NCBI GenBank assembly: GCA_964415355.1
Contig: CAYPYS010000007.1
Coordinates: 11,208 to 75,207, forward strand
Source: an uncultured Planctomycetia bacterium
GTDB taxonomy: Bacteria; Omnitrophota; Gorgyraeia; Gorgyraeales; Gorgyraeaceae
Length of the DNA stretch: 64,000 bases
Reading direction: 5' to 3'
Under the pieces are notes generated by a model. That model was given only the letters and a program-made list of their open reading frames with translations. It was not told the origin of the DNA and searched no databases. Within the stretch, counting starts at the first letter, position 1. Each line of letters starts with the position of its first letter. This document shows positions 52,630 through 61,600 of this stretch, one piece after another. The translations under genes were made by a program, and so were the position numbers.

Positions 52630-55600
52630 GGGCCCCGCAAGACACTAAGGGTGCCTCTGGGGTTTGCGAGAGAAAAGCTTTTAGAGCAGGAGCAAACAGG
52701 GCTTCCCACAAAGGAAATGCTTCTTATGATGGCCCAGGCAGTAGCCATGAGGATGGATGACGAATCCATACTCATGGATCTAGGGACTACTTTTTTCAAC
52801 ACAGCCTTTCGCAGAAATCTCGGCTCTCCTATCGAGATCCGCAGGAATAAAAATACAGGTACAGTCCATATCCGTTACAATGACAGATATATATCCATAA
52901 CAAGAAGCGGAAACATATCCGTGTCAAGCAGAATAAACTTTGATAAAGCCGAGCTCGTGATTGCCAGCATCAAGCCGCTTGTCGCATCCTCTTCTGATCC
53001 GACTGATAAAAAAGACAGGACAATAGGGTCTCTTCTCGGACTAATGGAGACATTTGCAGATCTCGGGCTCAAGCCAGGAGAGAAGATAACCATAAATGAC
53101 ATAATCCCTGAAAGAAAAAAGCAGGACGGTACATTGTATTCTCGTACGACAGTCTCAAGAGAATTTAAGGATGCAGTGGCGCTTGACCTTTTGAGGCTCA
53201 CAGGCAACAAGATAAAAAATAGCAATGAATATGAAGTCCTGAAGTCTTTTACGAGAGAACAGCTTAGTAGATTGCCGGGGCATATAAGGAAAAAGTTAAA
53301 CAGGGGCAGGATCAGATCTGATGAGATAGAAGAGCTCAGGCGCATATTCATAGCTGAGACATTAATGGGGCAAGGGACATTGCTGAAGGTATTCCTGGCA
53401 GGCCTTGCAGGTTTTCAGGAGGCGCTTGCAGACATACCTTATGATCTTTCAGGCGCAAATACTGAGACGGTCCAGAGTTTATTCACGGCTGTTGAAAACA
53501 TAGTTTTCCTGGCAAGGGATTTTGATAAAAAAGATCCTGCCTATGCCGAGGCTTATATCTATGAAAGCTTAGGGTTTGTTGATATTGATGGGAAAAGAAG
53601 ACTTGCTCTTGTCATCACGCCTTTTGAGGACAGGAGAAAGACCGGGTCCCTGGATGTCCTGGTATTTGATTCGCTTCTATCCGCGAATTATACGAGCCAC
53701 GCAATAAAAGCGACAGAAATAGAAATGGTGTCTACTATTGTCGGACGCCTGGATGAAAAGGATATTATCTCGCTTTCTCTTAAGTTCAGGGCAGAGTATC
53801 TGGATAACCCTGATGGCCCTGGCACGAGCGACACAAGGCGATCTGCCAAGGATTTTTTCCTGTATTTTGCCTCAAAGCGTAACGCAACCCAGGAAATATT
53901 GGATTTGGACGAAGAACTGATAGATGGTCTGGAGGGAAGGGACCTGGAAATAAAAGAACGCATGGCGCGCCTGAAAGAGGGCGTGTCGGATAAAGATCTT
54001 CTGGACGAATGGTTTATAGAAATTATGCAGGGAAAAGATACTCTTGTTCAGTACCTGTTATACACAGGGGACGCGGCTACATTCTGGTATGATTTACTGC
54101 TGGAGCTTGATTATACGCGCGCAATAAATGAGATGTTTTTATCAAGGCCTGACGCAATGACAACTTATGCCAGAAATGCATACGAACAGGCAGTCGTGGC
54201 CTCATGGATTTATATTCACCGCGCTGATTTTGGATCGCCTTTAGGAGAGAGGGCAGCCGAGGACAGAATAGAGGATTTTCAGCTGGCCCTGACATGGGAC
54301 ACGCTTGGCATACCAGGCCAGAAGGCGCTTGGCATGACAAAGGCAGAGTTTCCTGTGTGCTTGAATTGTGTTGGAAGGCCCTGTCAGCATGGGCCGCTGG
54401 GAAGCGTTGCTGCCCAGACGCGCACAAGGTCGGGTTTCGCCTCAGGCATAAGGTCTTTGATAGAAGACAATAATGTCTCTGCCAGCGTTCAGTTAGAGGG
54501 CGTATTTATATCCGAAGGAGTTTCATACTTAACCCATTTATATAATTATGCTGAACTATTGCTTATAGACCAGGCAGACGTCACCAGGTGGATGAATATG
54601 ACAGCGAGGGAACTGGACAGCGAAATAAGGTTGTTGACAGATGATGCAGACGCAATAGATCAAGAGGCAAAAAACATCGCAGAGCCGCATTGCCCGTTAG
54701 AGGTTCCTATCGCGGATATGTTCAGGCTTATGCGGCAGGATAGATTTGAAGAGGCGCTTGAGATCTTGAATAACAGCAGTTTTCTTGCAGGTATCTTCGG
54801 GCTCGTATGTCCCCAGGAACACCTGTGTCAGGCCGCGTGCGTCCAGGGCAGGCTGAGCGACAGGCCTTTGCCCATAGATATAGGAAAATTAGAATATCTC
54901 ATAGAGCTTACTTATATGAGGATAAACGGAGAATTGCCTATGCCTGAGGTCGCACCATTTACAGGAAAGTATGTCGCGATTATAGGTTCTGGCCCGGCAG
55001 GACTTCAGGCAGCATATGACCTGGCAAGAGAGGGTCACAAAGTGGTTTTATTCGAGCACCTGCATAAGGTCGGAGGTGTTTTAGTATATGGTATACCTAC
55101 ATTCAGGCTTCCTCCCGAGCTCCTCGAAGAAAAGGTCAGGATACTTAAGGAGATGGGCGTAAACTTTGTCACGAATGCTATTATAGGAGAAGACGGTGCG
55201 TATACCATAGAGGAGATGAGAAGATCATTTGACGCAGTAATAGTGGGCGTTGGCGCAGGCCAGTCAAACAAGATGGAGATAAGAGGCAAGGTGGTCCTTC
55301 TCGACGAAAAAACAGGAAGGGCAAGATTAGAGGTGCCTGAATACGCAAAGAGAGTGCCGATACCGGGCAGGGCCTTGAATGGCATTTATTCAGCGTATCA
55401 TTTTCTTTCATGGACATATCTGATGAATGCAATAAAGCCGGGTTATGATACGCCCATACCGCTCTCAAAAAATATACTCCAAGCATTTACGGAATCCAGG
55501 GCTACAGGAGAGGAAAAAGAAGTTACTGTGGTCGTAGAGGGCATAGGAAACGTGGCGCTGGACAGCGGCAGGACAGCTCTCAGATGGATAAATGTCCTGA

Positions 55601-58600
55601 ACAGGATATATGGCACAAATGTCAGGCCAAAGATCATATTCCTCTACAGGCGTCCGAGGGAAGAACTGGACCTCAAGGCGCGCGCAGAGGAATTAAAACA
55701 TCTCAGGGAAGAAGGCGTTGACACAATAGACATAGACGTATATGAGCTTCACCAGACCGTTGAATATCTCGGAAATACAAAGGGACATATAGAAGGAATA
55801 AGGGCCATAAGGTATGACAGAAAAGGCGCTAAGGAAGGCGTGCTGGTCGACATCCCCGTTGACATGGTTGTAGAAGCCCTGGGAGCAAAGCCGGCGACCG
55901 AGATATTAGGACCTTCCATACCTTTAAATAGATACGGGTATATCGAGATAGATAATCACAGGACAATGCAGGTAAGAGACATGGACGGCTCTGATGGCCT
56001 GGCGCCTGTATATGCTGTCGGAGACTGCGCAGAGGTGGACGCTATAGATGAAAGGATTATGGCGACCGCTGTCCTTGCTGCAACGCATGGAAAAAGGGCA
56101 TCCGAGGCACTCATAGAAAGACTGGATAATGAGACTGGCATGGTTCAGAGATATATAGATATCGATAAGGTATTTTTTAAAGCTACTCCATACAGGATGC
56201 ATGAGATATTGGAAAGGCGCAGGATAGGCAAAAGAGAGCTTGTATCCAGGCCGCTACGCGGAGATACGGGCAATGTTTTTAGCGAGCAGAGGATCGTGGA
56301 ATTTACTATTTATGCGCCTCATGTAGCCCGCAGGATCAGACCGGGCCAGTTTGTAACGCTGATGGCAGATGAATACAGCGAGAAAATACCTATAACATAT
56401 GTCGGTCTTGGAAAGATAAAAGGCAGTATACGCCTTGCCATCCTTGACGCAGGCGAATCAACAGTAAAAATAAATAATATGAAAAAGGGTGATTTGTTTT
56501 ACGCAGTCACCGGACCTGCAGGAGAACCTTCGATCTTTACAGGGCTGGCAGGCGAGGTAGACCTGGTGGGGTTGGGCAGTGGCATAGCCGCGATTGTCGG
56601 CATCGCCGAGCACAGGGCAGACCTGGACAGGAAATATAAAGAGTTGATGGCCAGGCTGGCAGGCAATTCCCGCGCAGATGTAGTCCTGTCGCTGATAGAA
56701 GAGATTTGGTCAGAATTGAGTCTTGCAAAGGATGATCTTTTGCACTATATAGTCGATGCGATAAGAGACAGGGATTATAATGAAGCAAAGAATCTGTTGA
56801 CAGCACTTGCCTACTCTATTGAACAGGATTTTCCGGCGAGCGAGCTTATAGCAGATGCAGAAGCACTGGTTGATACGATAACCATGCTCGAGGATTCTGT
56901 AGAAGACGAGGATGAATTGAATCTGCTTGTAAAACAGGAGGTCTATCAGGCGATAGACGATATATGGGAAGAGTTTGAGATATTAAAGAGAGAGAAACTA
57001 TTAAGGGAAATCAGTGATTTTGTATCTTCCGGAAATTACAAAAATGCATCTAATGCCTTGAATGCCGTTATCGGCGCAGGCTTTGAGACAAAGGTATTTC
57101 TGGCTGTCGGGAATAAGGATCTTTTGATGTATAAGACCGAGCTGGAAGAGGCTGTTGGCAGGGAGAACATATTCATAGCGCTTGAGGATGCCGAGGGCTT
57201 TGATCCGCATGCCGAAGGATATGCCAGCCTGATAGCGCATGAGAACAGGTTTTTTACAGGTTATGGCACTATTGCTTTTGGGGATTATTTAGGCAGGACG
57301 CATGATCCTATTAGCGGATTGTTGGTAGCAGGACCTGCGTTCGCAATGAATCTTTTTGTGCCATTGGTCAGAGAAGCAAACAGGCCTGATATCCTGAGTA
57401 CGAGAGACGTGTGGATGAGTACTAACCCGCCCATGTACTGTGCCTACGGCGGTTGTTTGATGTGTCTGGTGGCTACAGAACAGGCGATTCCGTGGCGCGG
57501 GTGTTTAGGTCCTGAGGCAGAGGCAGATATGCTTATCGGCGATTCTATTGTCAAGGGGCTTGAAATGAGCAAGCCTCAAGACATAATGCCGGGCGTTATA
57601 TTCAGCACGTCACCTTCTGTTGACAGGGAGCAAGCGATATCTGATATAGTGCAGGCGCTTGATGAGATTCTTTATATGCCTACTGTAGATGGTAAATTAT
57701 TTGTTGCCATATCTGATGCAAAGGGTTCGTTTATCGCTGAGTTAAGAAATGGTATTTTAGAGGAGAGATTATCTGACGAGGATATTGATGCAGTGCTCGA
57801 GAATATTGATTGGGAAAGACTAGGTGTTTTTAAGCCAGGCCATAAGATAAGGTTTGCAGGTAGGATATCCGATGTCTCAGGATTAGAGCTTGATAGGGTC
57901 ATGGAATTGCTCGGACTGACAATGCAGGGTGGAAGCGGTGCAGAAGATTCTGATTCCGGGATGACGCTCGATGATTTATTCAGTAGGAGCTTGGATCTCT
58001 CGATACTTGGCATAGAGGTCATCGGAGAATTCCGCGAGGTCTCTATATCGCCTTCCGGTTTTTCACGGCTCCGGGCGTTCCTTGAGGAGATCGGCGATAG
58101 ACAGAAGTTGGAAGAAATTTTGGGACTCGAAGGAAGTGAGTTTATTTTTGTTATGAATGGCGCGAATGAGCTTGTCGCGATTGTGATCCGCAACGAGACC
58201 AGGCAGAAAGAGCTTCTATGGATAGAGGGAGAGGCATCGTCCGAACTTTTCAGCTATCTGACTCTGAGAGCCTCTCTGCGTGGCAGTTCTATATCCGCGG
58301 ACCTGACAGTGGAGGAGATAAAACCCGGCGCAATACTCGGACCCGGCGCGACCACTACTCCCGCAAGCTCTGCCCTGGCAAAGACAGGGACGTGGACCAC
58401 GAAATACGCAGAGCATGATCTTGATGCGTGCGTGCAGTGTGGCCTGTGCGCACTGGTATGTCCCGAAGGCGCGATAGCGTTTGATATGGAGCCGGCGCTG
58501 AATACAGGCAGGCTGGTCCTTCCGACAAATCCTGATTATTGCAAGGGCTGCGATGCCTGCGTGGTACATTGTCCTTTAAAAGGATACGCGCTTAAGATGA

Positions 58601-61600
58601 TAGAAAAGACAGACCTTCGCCAGGTAGCAGTATCTCTGGATACGAATCCTGAGGGAAGAGGCGTTGTTATCGAAGGCGCTCCGGCATTACAGTTTGAAGG
58701 GCTGTTTAAGGAAGGCATTGATAGATTCAAAAAGGCATTAGGGCTCGATGTAGTTGAGATAATCAGCGAGAGTGAATCTTTTGTGCAGGTGAGGTATGAG
58801 AGAGGTGACATAGCATATCTTTTTACATTCGATAAGAAAAATACAAGATTGATCTTGAAACCATTGAGGACATTTGCCGTCGTTGGCCTTGAGAGTAAAA
58901 ATATTGATCTGGCAGATGCATTGCGCAGCAGGGGATTTGCGGTTACCGGCTTGATTTCTACTAAAGACAGAGGTTTTAGAGATAAATTAATGGAGGCCGA
59001 GAGACAGGGTATCAGTGTTTATGCGATAGAAGCAGGTTTGCTAAACCCTGGTATTAGCGGCAGTCTTCAGGCATTGCTTAATGACATCGAACGCCTGCGT
59101 CTTGCTAGATTTGTCGCGGTTGACACAGAGACGATCAGGGAGATAATCGGCCTGGACGAATACACGAAACTCGTCGAGGAGATAAACGAATATACACATA
59201 ATTCTATAATAAACTCTGTGGATTTGTTGCCGACAGGCAACACAGACTTTGATGAGGTCATGGCGAGTTTTGCTCCCGAATGGCAGGACCAGGTTCGCGA
59301 CCTCGCGCCCGGACACGGCCTATGCCCCGGCTGCGGTCAGCCGACAGACACGCACCTTGTATTAAAGGTAGCGGATGAACATGGAATGGCGCCGGTGGGT
59401 GTCATTACGACAGGCTGCCAGGAAGTCTCGACCACTAACTGGCCTTTTAATTCATGGCGCATACCAATGGTCCACGGAAACTATACAGCATCAGCCGCAA
59501 TCGTCAGCGGTATCTTCCGTGTCTATCAGTGGTTCAAAAAGATGGGCGTAAGTGTTTACGGGGATAAAGAAATCTTGCCTATAGTTATTATGGGAGACGG
59601 TGGTTTTGCAATAGGGCTAAATGTAATATCAGGCGGCCTGGAAAAGGGATTACCGATTTTATATCTGGTCGAGAATAATTCAGGCACTCAGAATACGGGC
59701 GCGCAGGCATCCACGCTTTCGATGCCGGGCATAACTGCGCAAGGCGCCTCACAGGTAAAGACCACGCAAGGCGTGTATATACCTGATATAGCAAAGGCGC
59801 ACGGACCTAACGTCTATTACGCAAGGGTTTCCAATGCATATCCCGAAGATTTTGAGAGAAAATTAAACCGCGCAATGGAATGGATAAAACAGGGAAGAGG
59901 ACCTGCGGTCATAGAGTCTTTTAACACCGCATGCCCTACCGGCTGGAAGTCTGACGCGACACAGAGCCAGGAAGAAACCTCTCTTTCGGTCCAGACAGGC
60001 GTTGGCATGACTGTGCTTTTTGAGCAGGTCGGGAATCGCATAAGGATAACGCAACCACCTCTTCTAAGAGACGGAAAGATATATATAAATACAGAATATA
60101 TGCGAAGCCTGGAATATGAGTTAGGTCATTTAAGGAATGCCGGCGGCAAGAGGCTGTTATCTGACAGACAGGTGGCTTCCATGATTTCGCATATCAAGAA
60201 GAGAAGGGAATTTATTTTGGCAAGAGAGCTTGAAAGAAGACAGCCTAAAAAACCAGGCCTGCCGTTTGTCCAGCTCGACTTAGATGCGTTAAAGAACCTG
60301 CTTGTCCTTCATTCGTTCAACCTGCCTCTGGAGTCAGACCTATTGATAGACAGGTTGGATGTCCTGGGCCTTTCCGGAGACGAGATAGAGGACATTGCGC
60401 AGCATCGGTCAGAGGGTAATGAATTCAGAAACAGGCAGGACGTGCTTCGGTTTATAACCGATGTGCGTTACAGAGAGGTTACGGAAAGAATACTTGATAT
60501 ATATGACACAGTCGAGATCAGGGATTTTATTATGGAATGGACAGAGACAAAGGAAGAGGGAAATATCGATTTCGAGGAGACCGTTGTATTTGAGAAGATA
60601 GAAGATATTTTGAAAGTCCCGGGCATAGGGCCAGTGACGTATGATGCCGTAAGTCCGTATCTTACATTAGAACCGAGAAGACCTCATATATTCGAATACT
60701 TATCGAGACAGGGAAGATTCAGGAGGCTTCTTGGCTGGGATGACGAGGCGTTTCTGGGAGACATGCAGCGAGATGTGGACGCGCATATACTTAGGCTGAT
60801 GGCGCAGCATGAAAACGACAGGGCTTTCTTTGAGAACTTTGATAATTTACTGGCCAGAGGAGAAAAAATCCCGGTAGAGCAGTTCAGGTACAAGTCAGCA
60901 AGGGAGGCGCATGACAAGGCCCTTGTTCCTGCTAGAGTCATACCTGCGGATCCGGAAAGAAACATCAGGATTTTAGAACGCAGGGCAAGGCTAGGGGATA
61001 GGGTTTTTGAAGAACGCTGGCATGGAAGAGGCGGCCAGGGTGCTATTACTGCGGCAACGCTTCTGGCAACATATGCGGGCGAGGTAGAAGGTATAGGCAT
61101 TCAGGCGTTTCCGCACTTTGGGGTCGAACGCGCAGGTGCGCCTGTAAAGGCATATGTCAGAATGGGTAATAATATAAAACAGCATGACCCTGTTACGGAA
61201 CCTGATGTAGTAGTGGTTATAGATGAGTCTTTGCTGGAACTTCCCGAAGTGTTGGAAGGTATAAAGCCGGGCGGTTTTCTATTGGTGAATAGCAAAAAGC
61301 CGGCTGAAAAAATACTGGAAGAATTAAGGGCTAAAGGCAATGCGCTTAAGGATATTACTCTTTTTAGCGTGGACGCTACCGGTATAAGCATAAAACACAT
61401 GGGAAGAAATCTCCCTAATATTCCTATGCTGGCTGCGAGGATTATGGTTTCGAGGCTTACTGATGCAGACTTGGGTCCGGCAGAAGGCGCCACGGATTAC
61501 ATAAGGCAGCTTTTAGTAGAGATGTTTGGAGAAAAGATAGCCGGATTAAATTACGACGCGATGCAGGAATCAGTACGTTCTATAGATGCTGTATCAGGCG

